Positions 1-16,393 of a DNA stretch of 64,000 nt are shown in pieces (position 1 is the first letter of the stretch; every line of letters starts with the position of its first letter). The position numbers were made by a program, and so were the translations under genes. This DNA comes from the human T2T-CHM13v2.0 reference genome, Homo sapiens. Where the stretch lies: NCBI RefSeq assembly GCF_009914755.1, contig NC_060928.1; one strand, 5' to 3'. Below the pieces are notes generated by a model. It did not search any database. It had not been told where the DNA came from and saw only the letters and a list, made by a program, of their open reading frames with translations.

Positions 1-339
1 GTTGGCCTAGGACCAGGCACTTTTGTTTTTCTCATTTGCAGTGCAAAATAAATGCCGATTTCTTGTTGACAACCTGCGGTGCACTTGAAGCAGTCCGTGA
101 TTTAAGCACTGTCCTCGTTTTATGGAAAAGGATTCGAGGAAGAAATAGACAAACCACATGAAGAATATTGGTGAAGTGGGAATATTTATTCACTAAGGAA
201 GCCCTTAAGTTAGAGGGTTCTTACCACAAGCAAGAACTTTCCTTTCCTCAATCTTTCAACAGGTGAAGGGAGCAAAACAAGGCCCTGGCTTTCATATATA
301 AATAAAGATATAGACTTTTCTATGAAGAAAAGTAAAGCA

Positions 340-510
340 AAGCAGGGCAAGGGGGAACCCTGTGACAGGGTGTGTTTTATTTGAAGTAGGCCTCTCTGAG
401 CACATGGCATCTGACTAGAGACACCCAAGAAGGTGAAAGAGGTGTGAATGGAGGCCATGCGGCTACCTGGGGAGAAGGGTATTCTAGAAAGAGGGAAGCA
501 GAAGGCATTA
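340..510 (-). mobile_element. L2 LINE fragment
   Basis: ggcctctctgag...ggggagaagggtattctagaaagaggg resembles antisense L2 3' region. Confidence 0.5.
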
Positions 511-551
511 CCATAATGATGTATAGCTTTTGCATAAACATGTGATACTGG

Positions 552-1026
552 TTGCTTTAGTTACCTACGGCTGCTGTAACAAATTACTACAAACTCATTG
601 GCTTAAAATGCCACAAACTTACAAGCTTACATTTCTGGAGGTCAACGGTCTAAAGTGGGTCTTCCAGGCCAAAATCAAGGTGTCAATAGATCTGCATTCC
701 TTCCATAGGTTCTTGGGGAGAACCTGTCCTCTCACCTTTTCCAGCTTCCAGAAGTCGCCGGCATTTCTTGGCTCATGGCCCCTTCCTGGCATCACTCTAA
801 CCTCTGCTGTCATCATACCTCCTACTTGGTGACCCTCCTGCTCCCTCTTGTAAAGATCCTATGATGACATTTGTCCTACTGTAAAATCTAGAACAACCTT
901 CCCATTTTAAGATCCTTTATCTAACCATATCTGCAAAGTCCTTTTTGGAACAGAAGGTAATATATTCAAAGGTTCCTGGGATTAGGATGTGTACCACTTT
1001 GGGGGGCCATTATTCAGCCTACCACA
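552..1026 (-). mobile_element. MLT1-family (MaLR) solo LTR
   Basis: gctgctgtaacaaattactacaaac...ggggccattattcagcctaccaca, typical MLT1 termini in reverse orientation. Confidence 0.85.
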
Positions 1027-1519
1027 CCAGTGTTCGGCTAACATTTGGCTAATCAGAATGCTGGGACCTTCAGTCTTCAGGGCCTGCTGGCCTGGGGTGG
1101 GTGAACAGGAAAGGACCCAGAAGCAGGTGACTGGCATGTGAAGCTCTGGGGAGGCTGGGCACAGATAATCAGAGTGAGGTTCAGGCAGCTTTGGTCCATT
1201 GGGGGCCTATAGGTGGGGCTCCCAAAGGCAGGATGGCCACAGATGTCTCTCCAGGTGAGAAGCCAGGCATGAAGGCAGAGGAACAAGCTAAGTGACAGCA
1301 TGAGGAAATAATCGGCCGGATCCAGACAACTGAGAAAACCTGAATATGGATATTGCAGAATTGTCCATTTTATTAGTTGGCATAATGGCATAAGTGATGT
1401 TTTTTTAAAAAAAAAAAATCCTGATTAGGCAGAGCTGCAAACTAACTTTAGAGTGAGATAGCATTTGGTCTGGAATTGGCTTTAAAACATTCCACTGACA
1501 ACCACTAAAAAAAAAAAAA

Positions 1520-2250
1520 ATGCGGGGGAATAGCTGAAACAAGGTTGGCGAAATGTTAACAGTTGATGCAGGGGGTGGATACACGGGAGTTCATTATAAA
1601 ACATCTATATATTTATGCATGTTTGAAAAATCTCATTAAAAAACCTGAAGTCTTTTGGGAAGAAGCAAATGAGGGTTAAGGGAAGAAATCTGGCTTTTGA
1701 ATTAGAAAATGTATATGCGCATGATGACATGTTCAAACTCACCAGTAATCAAAAGAGATGCAAATTAAAACAAAGAGATATTAACTTGGCAAAAATGAGC
1801 AAGTAGAATAATACCAATTGCTGGCAGAGATGTAGGTGGACGTGTCCACGGGACAGGCATAGTGAAGAATATGGCCCTACTTGCTTGAATAAGCCCATTC
1901 TATGATCTGGCATATAGCACAGAGAGTCTCATAGGGAAAATGTGCAAGAATGGCTCACTGCAGCTTCATTTACTGCAGTGCAAAGCTGTGAGTCAGTCAC
2001 CGGGAGGGTAGGCTGGGAAGATGTCGGGGTTGTACCTGCAAACAGTATGGAATAACCAGAAGCGACCAATTAAATGTCCCCATAGCAAGAATGGGCCTTA
2101 AGCCATCAAGCTGAGAGAAAAACAAACAAACAAAAATAAGCAACAAAATGATATCAAAAATGTAAATTCAAAATACAGCCCCACAAAACAACATATTCAT
2201 TTGGAAGGACATACATAAACAAGAAAATTCACATGAAACACAGAGTTACC
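1520..2250 (+). mobile_element. Old L1M 3' fragments
   Basis: ctcaccagtaatcaaaagagatgcaaattaaaac and ggatacacgggagttcattat motifs of L1M 3' ends. Confidence 0.6.
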
Positions 2251-2256
2251 TGAAAG

Positions 2257-2360
2257 CAGAGATCAGCAAACTGTGACTCTCAGGTGAAATCCACCCTTAG
2301 CCTGTTTTTGTAACATTTTATTGGAACACCGCCATGCCCATTTGTTTATGTATTGTCAGA
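2257..2360. mobile_element. MER58-type hAT MITE fragment
   Basis: gatcagcaaact...gcctgtttttgtaa...ttttattggaacac...catgcccatttgtttatgtattgtc. Confidence 0.7.
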
Positions 2361-3049
2361 GACACATTACATGAACAAGCGATGATAATGTGTCATATAC
2401 TAAAGGGTACATAGTATTCACTCAAACCTCTGCACCCGAGCTTTAAAAAAAGAAGGTAAAATTTAGGCTGAGATTCAATAACTAGGAGAGCCTTGGGAAG
2501 GCGCTTTTCCTGCTTGAGCTGCAGTCTTTACAGTCTTCACAATTACAAAAACAGGGTACCGTCCATCTCAGAGATAATATACCTGCAAGTGCCTTGTGAA
2601 TTAGAATCACACTTTCAAATGCAAAGGTTTCTTATTATCAGGGTAACAAGGAAACAGCAATGGTTTCACAATGTGTTCTCCCAGCCTTCTAATAGAATGT
2701 CTTATCCATTAGTTCCTTGCCCACTTTCTATGGTGAAACTAATGGTAAGGAAGTAATTAGAAGGCAAAACAAAGACAAGGGAAACCGCAGACCAACAGGA
2801 TCCACAAATGGGAAGCAAACCGGGGCAAGCTTGGAAATGCCACAGAGGAGCCACCAAGGGCAAATGGGAATGGGTTTTTCCATGAAGGTAAATGTGGAAT
2901 GGGTCCGACCTTGTGCCCACTGCCCGTCAGCCCTCAGAAGAGGAAGCAGGCTTCATCAGGGTAATGTCACCTCATCACATCTGATAGAGGGATGGAAAAA
3001 TGGGCGATTTCCTCTAACAGGATACAGCAAGCATAGCTGCCATGGCTTA

Positions 3050-3420
3050 GGTGTTGAGCAGGTACCAGGCATATGCCCAACTTCTCACAATTGTCTTATT
3101 TAATCATCAAAGTACCCTATGAGGTAGGTATTACTATTATTATCCCATCTTACAGATAATCATATTGAGGTATCAAATATTGTAATAGGAAGCATCAAAG
3201 ATTAAGTAATTATCCCCAGGTAACCTGAGTGGGAAGTGGCAGAATCAGTAGAGTCAGCCCTACTCACAACCCTAAATGACAGGTATTACCATCACCAGTG
3301 AACAGAGGGAGAAACTGTCTCAGAGATGTGAAGTTACTCAGCTGGGAGTGTGGAGCCAGGGCCTGAATCAAAAACTGGCTGACTCCAATTGTCCTACCCT
3401 TTCACTACTGCATCATAATG
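3050..3420. mobile_element. MIR SINE fragments
   Basis: ccctatgaggtaggtattactattattatcccatcttacagat and gagaaactgtctcagagatgtgaagt MIR core motifs. Confidence 0.7.
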
Positions 3421-3819
3421 CGTCCCTGAGCCCAAAGGATCATTTCCTAGAAAAGCCCCTTCACCTCTCCAAGCCCCGAGCCTTGTCATCCAGCACAGTA
3501 TTCCTAGAAAGGAAATGCAGATTGGGTGCAGCTGGAGGCATCACTGTGTGGGTGCTTCGGCAGCTCTGTGTTTACATTCCCTTGGTAAAGACATCCAGCT
3601 CATTTCTGTTGGCTTATTTGAGGGAATGCTGTCTGCTGTAGCTAAGAAGCTGAAATTGAAAAGGGGAGGCGGCATGGAATGATGATGAGATTAGGTTTGG
3701 AGGAGGAAAACAGGATCGTAGGTCTGCCTGTGACAACTTGGGCAAGTCATTTCTCAAACCTTGTAAAGGTTGGGTTTGCTTCACTGAAAATGGAGACATC
3801 CTTTCCACTCCCACAATGA

Positions 3820-4150
<331 letters not shown>

Positions 4151-4351
4151 CAGACCTCTTAATAATTTATTGAATACTTGAACTTAGCTGGGGACTATGC
4201 TGGTTTTGCATACATGACATAATTTTATACTTAATAGAAATATAGGAAATAGATGGCTATCCCCATTTTACAGATGACAAAACTGAAAAAGGGTTAATTT
4301 CCTCAGTGGACCCAGGATTTGAATCCAACTCCGATACCAGAGCCCATTTTA

Positions 4352-4478
4352 GCCCAGTGGTTCTCAACCCTGGATTTGTATTAAAAGCAAATGAGGACTC
4401 ATGAAAAAAATGCTGATGCTTGGGCCCCAGACTTGATTTAACTAATCTGAGGTGGGGGCTGAGTTAGGAACCACTGTT
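4352..4478. mobile_element. MER5-type hAT MITE
   Basis: cagtggttctcaac...ggaaccactg terminal inverted repeats. Confidence 0.65.
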
Positions 4479-5574
4479 TTAACCACGTTACAAAGCAGCA
4501 CCCTTAAAACTAGCAGTTCCTCTCTCATCTCATGTCCACGCACAGAAATGCACAAAAGGGAATACAGCTGTATAATAAACTAAGACGGCTTCATAATATG
4601 TGGCAAATTATATTCTTAAGCAATTAACTGTTGCTAACTCTCAGCTATTATATTAATTTATAATAAATGCAAATGAATATATTTGGCTTTGCAATTTTAA
4701 AAAAATCTGAATTTGAAAGGTGTAGCATTCTGATAATGCACATCACTTTAGAATGCTGGGTTTTTTTCTTTCTGTTTTTAGTGAAGACATAAATCAGGAA
4801 AAATCAATCAAGCAATAAAGAGCTCTGGTAAAACAGAGTCCAGCCAGCACTCCCACCAAAACAGGAGTAAGTTAACTTCCAAATTGCTAAGGATGGCCCA
4901 CCGGCAGTTAGAGCTTTGTTAGGCTGAGGTTTACACCAGGGTGACTTTTTGAAAGGTCAAGTTACACCGGAGTGACCTGCACCTTCTCTCTTATACCCAT
5001 AATAAGACGAATTAATCCTTAAATTGGGGAACTAAGCTTCTGCCAGTAGGTATTCCTAAAAATGTGTAGGTTTAAGCAGAAACTGGCACTGTATATTGAA
5101 GTACCATTTTGTGGCACTTAGTGCTTTATAATCTTCTCATCTTCTTACTGCCTAAGTGACCCGGGACAGTTAATATCTCTTAGCCTTACTTCATATATTT
5201 AATGCAATAGGAATAACACCCTGGGTTCTTCCTAGGGTTGCCATTAGAATTAAATGAGCTCATTGTGCCAGTAGGTCTAGCAGAATGCCAGAGAAGAGGC
5301 TCACTAAATATCAGATCTCCACCTTTTTCTAGTCATGCTTACGTTCGGTTAATGGAAATGGGGCTTGACTCAGACATACCCTTAAAGGATCTTGGTGCCA
5401 TCTTCTTCTGCTAAGAGTTAAAAAGATTTCATTTTAAATACAATTCACAACTGTACCTTCACCATAAGCCTCATTGTATTCTCCCAGCCTTCTAATAGGT
5501 CTTATCCTTATTTCCTTGCCCATTCACTGGGGTTAGGTCAAATGGCACAAAACCACATGAGACCTGTGCATGTT

Positions 5575-5925
5575 GCCCATCAGACAGGATAGGCTAAGTT
5601 ACACAGTAGTAACAAACAGCCCCAAATCTGAGTGGCTCCTACAACATCAATTGATTTCTTGCTCATCTCCATCTTGGGTCTGTTGGGAGCTTTGCTCTAT
5701 GATGCCTCATGCTGGAACGTTGCCACAGCAGGGGGAGAGGGAGCACGGTGAAATGACATTGTGCTTGTACAGCTGCCACCCAGATGTGACCCCATCACTT
5801 CTGCTCAATCCTGTTGACCTAAGCAAGTCTCACCTGGCTATATGTAACTTCAAGGGGGCAGTGCAAACCTACCACATGCCTGAAATTAGAAATATTTGGA
5901 GAACAGCATTAATGACTACCACAGC
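5575..5925. mobile_element. Old MLT1 LTR
   Basis: caggataggctaagttacacagtagtaacaaacagccccaaatct...gcattaatgactaccaca. Confidence 0.7.
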
Positions 5926-7081
5926 GATCTTAGTTTACAAAGCATCTGTCACAATGATTACCCAACTTAATCCTCACAATTCCAAGATGGTAATTAATCA
6001 TTAAATGTGATCATTTAATTATAAGGCATCAGCAAGCACCAACCAAAACAGAAAACCCAATATAAACAGTTCAGGCAACTCTGCCCACTAGTGAGTGAAA
6101 GTGTCTGGAGTGCATGAGATACGAGGTATGAATCTGCTACGTGCTCAAGCCTTATCCACCTCTCCAACCTCTCCATGTGTGTGTCATCTATGAGTGGGAT
6201 TCTGCTTTTGATAAAGATATTTCTTTTTTTGTATGTGGCCTCTGAATGAAGGCCAACCAAGATTCTCAGCTCAAAAGCTGTAATCTTTCAATGTTGGAGG
6301 GAAAAAAAGGCCATTTTCCCCCTGCAAAGTAATCAAGCATGCTTCCCTGTCACACCACCTTCTTAGGGAGACTCAATTTGGACTATATCATGATTTCTGC
6401 CTTAAGGACTGACTTTAGAGTCTGCCCCTGGATGAGAGCTGAGACATCACTTCATCATTCTCTAAAAGATGAAGAAATGAACAAAGTTTCAGCAGTCAAC
6501 AAGGACACTGAGCAAGGAAGTGGCTCAAAATTCCCATTTCTTTAAGGCAAGTCTCCTGTAAGGGAATAGCTTAGATGTGGCTCTCCCCATCCAGCTCAGT
6601 ATTTCACCTACCTATTCCACAATGAAGATGAAAAGTGTGAAGCAGGAGGGTAGCAAATAGTCCTCACTTTTGTTAACCCCCTCAGGGAGGTTTTGGTTTC
6701 AAAGTCTGACCACTGGGTGTCAGGCTTCGGGGGAAAGAAAATAGAGATGGTTTATCAACCCCACTTAATTATGCCAGAGAATGCAGGTGAGATTTGCTAA
6801 AGGACAGAAAATCAGCTGGCTTAAGTCTGTCAATATGTCTGAAGAAGCTTACTAAACTTTCACTCATCTGACTACACCAATAAATATTTATCTTTTCTAA
6901 ATCTGTACAAATAATTCATTAGACAGCACACAGCGATACTGACCTCAATCCTGTCCTTGATTTAAAGATTAAAAGGGAGTGGTCAACTTCTGTATCTAGC
7001 AATTCTGAAGACAGATAATCTGAAAGCGTCCCTGCAACAAAATACCTAGAAATGCATATAATGAATATGCTTAGGGAATAA

Positions 7082-7405
<324 letters not shown>

Positions 7406-8202
7406 ATAAATACGTATTTTTAAATACACAGCTGAGTTTATTCTGGGATGGGAAGAAGGGACTGGAAAAATTCAAACAGTAAGAGTGATGTGACTGGGTA
7501 TGCATTGGAGACAGGAAGAGGAGGAATGAGTCAAGTGCTGTAGAACTGAGATTTCTACATAAAGTCTGGGCCTTTAAAGGGACACAGGCATAGGACAATG
7601 AAGTTCTCTGCACTGGCTGCAGGTGGTGTAAGGTATACCGAGGAAAATAACCAGCTCTACAGATTAAGTTAATGGGCTCTGTGGACCTTTCCCATCCCTC
7701 TGCCTGGGGTTCACCGTTCTCACTAGTCCTAAACCTTGGGCAGGTTACATAACCTTATGGTACCCCGTTTGCCTTGGTTGTGGTATTGTGAAGAGCCGAT
7801 AAACCTCGTGCATATTAAGTGCTAAGTGTACAAAAGCATGGAAGGGGCAAATCAAAAGTGGAAATATGTTTTTCTCCCAGAGATCAAGATTTTTCCTTAA
7901 GAAAGTCAAGATATGGTTATGCATTATCTGCCTATTTAATGAAAAATAAACATCTTTAGTTATAAAGGACCAGGATTTCATAGCCTTATCAAATGCTAAT
8001 GAAATGAGAAAAAAAAGTTTAAAATTAGCAAAACGCTTAAAATTTCCTCCATAGTTATATCACTAAAATAATGGGGGGAAATGTTCTTTTGATAACTATC
8101 AAGTTTTATATCCTTTCCTTAATGCCACTGGCAGAGTTCAAAAACGGTTTTTATTTGGGGAAAGCAAGAAACCAAATAGGATTATAAAATACCACAGGTA
8201 CA

Positions 8203-8502
8203 GCCGGGCGCGGTGGCTCACGCCTGTAATCCCAGCACTGTGGGAGGCTGAGGCAGGTGGATCACCTGAGGTCAGGAGTTCGAGACCAGCCTGGCCAACG
8301 TGGTGAAACCCTGTCTCTACTAAAAATACAAAAGTCAGCCAGGCATGGATGTGCATGCCCGTAGTGCCAGCTACTGGGGAGGCAGAATTACTCGAACCTG
8401 GGAGGCGGAGGTTGCAGTGAGCCGAGATCTTGCCACTGCACTCTAGCCTGGTGGACAGAGCGAGACTCTGTCTCAAACAAACAAAAACAAAACAAAACAA
8501 AA
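8203..8502 (+). mobile_element. AluS
   Basis: Full dimer, (CAAAA)n tail, TSD cacaggtaca on both sides. Confidence 0.95.
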
Positions 8503-10519
8503 CACAGGTACAGGATATACTCCATAGAGAGGAAATGCTCTCGCTTAGGATGAGACAAAATAACAAACTGAATGACCTTGAACAGAACTTGGTTATCTTT
8601 GGGTCTTGGTTTTCTTTGAGTATGAGGATTTGAAATCAATTACTTCTGGGGTCTCTTCCAGCACTTCCTGATTTTATGACAGTTATTCCAATTGCAAAAG
8701 AAACTAACTACCCATTTGGCCCTCCCATTCCACAAAAACAAAACACACAGTATCATTTCAAGAGTCAGAGTCAGATTCTTGTTTTGAATTTAAAGTGCTA
8801 CATGACTGCTAAGGTTAAAACTCCTTTCAAAAATCAAAAAGGTTGAATCATCAGAGGATAAAACCCATCACCACTGCAAACCAAAGTGGATTTTCAACCT
8901 AGTAGAAAATGTGAATTGACAAAGCATGCAAAAATTAGCTCAAGTAGCTGCAACCTTCTTCTATAAGTATCCTGGTAAATGCTTAGGAGTTTAAGTGTGT
9001 ATTGTTTATGCTGCAAGAAGCATATGAGGTTGAAAGCATGGATGTGTTATGCCCAGAAACTGGAATCTTAATTCAATAGGGAAAGAGTCTTCTTCAAGTA
9101 AAAATAACACAACTAAAAAATTACAAAGTCTTAATACGAACTGTTTAATTGTTATAACAAGATTTGAGAGGCAGGGGTAGGTAAGTAAGTCACCAACTGG
9201 CGATAAGTCACCAACTGTTAATATGTGTCTGCAAGTTTCTTGTTTTTCACAATCACTAGATTTACATACAATTATAGGTTATGGTTCTCCATGTACACAT
9301 ACAGTGAAAGACATTTTCCAAATACCTTTTGATGTAGAATGGAACCTGAGACAAAAAAATCACTTAAGAAATCAAATCTCATATAATGGAAATACTTTAA
9401 CCACAGCATTCACACATTTGACTGTGGATTCCAAATGCTTATCTAAACAGAGGCAACGCAATTAAACTGCCTTCACTCAAAATGGTGTCAGAAGGCAACT
9501 ACCCTATTTACTAGCCACTGATAAGTTATGACAACACTATTTCATAGCCTGTCACTATATTTCTTTTAACCCCCCAGCAGTAGGATTTAGGATTTCCTCA
9601 ACACTAAGGGCTTATCTCAAATGCTTTAGTGCACGAACAGTAAAAAATCAGAGTTGCAATGCCACATTGAGAAACTAGATAATGACTTGGAAATAAAAGT
9701 GGGGGAAGTGATGAACTGCCACTACCTGTTTTTCTAAGTTTTCTATTTTCTAATACAGAGCAAAACTTTAAATGCTAACGACAAAAATAAATCTAACAGG
9801 CCTAGAAATTCTGAAGGTAACCCAGTGACAATAGAAAACTTTTAGATCACTATTAAGAGGTCTTTATATTGTTCATAAACAATAGGAAAATAAGACTGAT
9901 ACTGTTTATAATTACTAACTAGATAAAATTTGGCAAAAGACATCTAATATACTTTTTACAATGAAAATGATTTCTAAAAATGATTCCCTTGATCTCATAC
10001 CTATAGAAAAACTATCAGTGATTACTTTTTAGTATGAAAATAATAAGCTAGTTACACAATTTAAATATTATTTTCTGACTTTTCTCTCTTCCTTATGAGA
10101 CTGGGGAAAAAAGATGTTAGAGGAGAAAAATAACTGTTACATGCCAAATAGTTCAAAATCTTCCCCTGGAAACTGAAACAGGATCCTTAGAAAGTACATA
10201 ATGTCCTGGAGTTTCCCTTGTAGACAAATACTTTGGTCATTTATTTGTAATCAGATACTGATTTTAGCAGATTACAGCACTTATAAACATTGTCACAGAC
10301 CGCACAATGTCCATTCATAAATAAAGGAGGTTTATTCATGAAAAGGTTGTGATTCTTCTGAAAGCATCCAATACAACCTTTCTGGACATTTCCCTTTCAG
10401 TATTACCTGGCATGTAATCAGGAAAGGGAAACATTCAGGTAAGTTACAACCTCCAGTCATATTCACAGCAATATGCAATATGGACATTTACAGGGGGAAT
10501 CCCTTTGCAGGTGACTTCA

Positions 10520-10948
<429 letters not shown>

Positions 10949-12440
10949 TTAAGAAACTCAAAGCCTAGCAGAGGAAAACAGCTTTAAATACCTGAACAGG
11001 TTCCAAGGACAGAGATAGAAAAAACAGTCTATCTTAATGATGGCTCCAAGTTATGGATAAAAGCAGTGTAGTGTAAATAAGCAGAAGAGAATGGGTGGTT
11101 CACCTTGCAAATACTTCTAATCCCCAAACCAAGCAAGTGACTTCTAGACTATGTTCACTTCAGACTAGTCATATCATTGCTCTACTTTAAAAACAATACG
11201 AAGAAATGATTGTACTCAAAACCTGTATTATATTAAGCAGCAAGCCACCAGTAAAAAGATCTTCCGGTCAGACCCTTGTAGCACTACTTAAGGAAAAGGA
11301 AGACCAGGAGTGCAGGAAAGTCCTCTTCCATGTCTGTTTTCTTGTCAACATTAAACCAGAATGAAAAATAATTAGACCCACCTTGTCCACGCAGGTGTGT
11401 AACTTCCTAAACTTAGGATGAAAATCACAATCTTAGAACCATGCACCTATCAAGGACATCAACCAAGCTTTACATATCCAAGCTCCCCTGGCACCCAGCT
11501 CAGGAAAAATAGCATCAAGGTTGAGGGAGCACTTAGCTAAGCAGAGTGGAATGCCAGCTCTGCAGATAAACAGCCATGTGACCTGGGGCCTCAGTTCTTC
11601 TGAAATAAGGAAATAATACAATCTACCCCAGATATCACAACTTAACTGTAAGGTTCAGTTCTAAGAGTTCCTGCAAATTATTATATAAGTTGTTACTGAC
11701 TGCTTTCTTTCCTTCCACCATGTTGATCATTTTTCCTACTGTCTTCAGTCTGCCTTACTGCTGCTTGTTTAAAACAGTGACTGTCCAAGAGCCACCTGTA
11801 CTGTTTAAAAGTTAGCTATACCAAAAGACACCAACTATTACATTTCTCCATGGTAATAAAACAAAAACGGGAAAATTTGCATCTCAAAAACTCTCCTCAC
11901 CCTGACAAGCGACATAACTTTACCAAAGACGACATGAGTAGATCCTGATCAGTTACACATCACTTCAGGGAGAAACCGCTAAAGCAGCCGACACTTTTTG
12001 TAGAAAATCCTACATGTTTCTCTAAGGTTATTAAAATATTTCTGGAGAGGCAAGGAAAGCATACTCAGACATTTAACACTTAAGACAATACCTTAAAAGT
12101 TATCCATTCAGCCCTCCTTAAGTGTAAAAAGGGAAATAATAAGAAAAAAGAAAATGAGTTGTAAGCTGTATTTCATTAATATAATCTTGGGAAACAGTGA
12201 TTCAACAAAACACCCAAATATAAAACTTTAAAATTTTTTAAGTAAATATCTTACAAAAAAGTCTTCAGCATGTTTTTGTGTAAGCAGAACTGAGACAGTA
12301 CACTAAAAAGCAAATAATCTAAAATAATAACATACTCGTTATCACAAATCAGTCAGAGATGAAATTCTAATCATTTCTTTTATAATCTACTGCACAAGTT
12401 TTATCTATCTTCCTTAAAAATCAATGTATTTCCCTTCTTA

Positions 12441-12845
<405 letters not shown>

Positions 12846-14769
12846 TTAGCAACTGTACTTTTTAATATAATCTAAAATAAAAAACACACACCTGTGTAAT
12901 CATTAGAATGAATTTCTATCTATTCATGGTTTTAAGTAACTCAGTCCCTCAAACTGATAGCATGCCTTATTTTAATCTTACCTCAGATTTGGCTGAGCCA
13001 AATTTTCTAGTTTAAACTGCCTAACAATTCTTTACATAAGTTGCAAATCTATGAGCTGAAATGAAGAAACCTCTCAGCAAAGTCTTCATGTTTATTATTG
13101 AGTGTAGAGTATGTTCATCAATGCTACTAACCAAAAACCACAGAACATGACATACAGAAAATCCACTGGTTCTTGATGAGTTTATGGGTATAACTGCCAC
13201 GCAAATCTAAACACACTGAACGCATTAAACCCTAAGTAATGATCTTTAATCATCTGCCCCACCTGATGATTCTTTTAAAGGGCAAGATCTTAAAGACTTT
13301 AGCACTTTTCTACATCCCTGCTACCCATCATCAACCAGGGGTAGCCTTCCACTTCAGTTCTCAGGCTAGCGTGAATTCATCATCAAAATTGTAAGATCTA
13401 AGTATGCCCATGATCTAAGGCATCTCTTTCACCATCTCTTGCTTACTCACAATCAAACTACTTTCAAAGTCTCATGCATTACTCCCTCTCTCAAGCCTGA
13501 ACTTGATCCACCTCAGATTAACAGATACATCCCTCTGTGCCAAGATAAGAGAGACTAAATTTAAGCTGAAGTCCCTTGTAACTTTCCCTTCTATCTTCGT
13601 CCTGGTCTATGAAAATCTCTATTTTCAAGGCAACATCACCAAGTTTGACCTCAACTTCAGATCAAGTGTGGCCATAATCCCAGTCTCTCCCATGACACAG
13701 GTACAGGTTTTGCCTAAAATTTCAAGGTAGTCCATTAACTTGAAGTTTCTTTCCTCTTGGTCTCAATCCTGCCCATGAAACTTTCCGTTAAAAGCAGTCT
13801 TTGCAAGCTTTCCCACTTCAAAACCCTTTCTCACCCAACAATGCCTACAGGTAGACTAAATGAAGGCATGCAAGGGGTTCTGGCAAACTGAAGAATACAT
13901 GCCTACCTACAAAGCAGCTAATTAACAGTGTGTCAGGAGAAACTTCAGGTAGGCCCACCCTTGCCAGACTCAGGAATATTTTGAAAACTTTACGTGGATC
14001 TATTTTTACAGAAAGGTGCTCTATTTCTTTGAAACACTTCATGAGGATCACATCAGGGCAGGCTGCATCTGGGCCCTTTTGACTACCTGCTTGTATCCTC
14101 TACCTTAAACTTACATAAGCTGGCTAAAGACTAAATTACCAATTCCCATAGCTTTCAGGATTCACAATTCCCTTCCACTACACACCTCTCTGAAGCATGA
14201 AACTCCACTATCTAAATAAATTATTTTACTTTCTGGCTGCTCCTTCGCCCCTCCCCTTCTCTTATTAAAGGTTCTGTGCTTTTTAATCTTCACCATTTTT
14301 TTCTCTCTCAGCAGCAACTAGGATCTCAAACTGATCTGCAGCCTAGATTCACGATTGGCACCCCAAGCCATGCATCTCATATAGCCTACACAAGCTATCT
14401 CTGATGACTCTTCTGCTTTACACCACCACTTCATCTCTGACCCTTTCATTCTGATTCTTCTTTTCTGGTTCAATCTCATTACCTGGGTTATTGTGTGGTA
14501 TTTTTTCTAAATGACTTCAGTGAACCCTCTTCCGACAATCTATCCTCTATATTGAACTCAGATGCACACCTAGCCTAACCTTCAAGTTCCTCCACAACTC
14601 AACCCCAACCTAAATTCATAGTCTCCTGTTTTTACCTAAATAAAGAGATCATGCTCCACTCAAACCAGACTGTTCTTTGCTGTCCTCTTAGCATACCACC
14701 AAAACTGACCCTGACCAAAAAGCACAAACCATTAAACCATTTAAGAAAACAAACAAAAACCAACCCAAA

Positions 14770-16020
<1,251 letters not shown>

Positions 16021-16343
16021 TCTCTGAACCATGACTCGTGCTCTGAAATGCTGTTAATCATCTAAGAAATCCTTATAGCCCATTTTTTAGGGACCACTAA
16101 AAATGCACAAGACCAGAAAACCACCTCATCATGTTCTCTAATATTAAAGAAACTGCAAAATTCAAATTAATGTTTACATGCAATCATTTACTAAAATCTG
16201 TCAACTTCATTTTTAAATGTAACATTGATAAAAACTGCGTTTGAAATAATGTGGTTTCATACTAGAAGAATTCTGAGACTGTTAGAAAACATTTAAAATT
16301 AAGATATTCCTATCCTGCCTTTAATTTTTTTAAATGTCATTAA

Positions 16344-16393
16344 TGAGCTATGGACATATTTGAACATGTGAGCTATGGATATATTTGAACATG
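16344..16393. repeat. 25-bp tandem duplication
   Basis: tgagctatggacatatttgaacatg / tgagctatggatatatttgaacatg (1 mismatch). Confidence 0.9.

Noticed and set aside
2717-3103. 128-aa plus-strand ORF
   Set aside because: No recognisable domain; non-ATG start; runs into a MIR.
5570-6004. 144-aa ORF
   Set aside because: Coincides with an MLT1 LTR.
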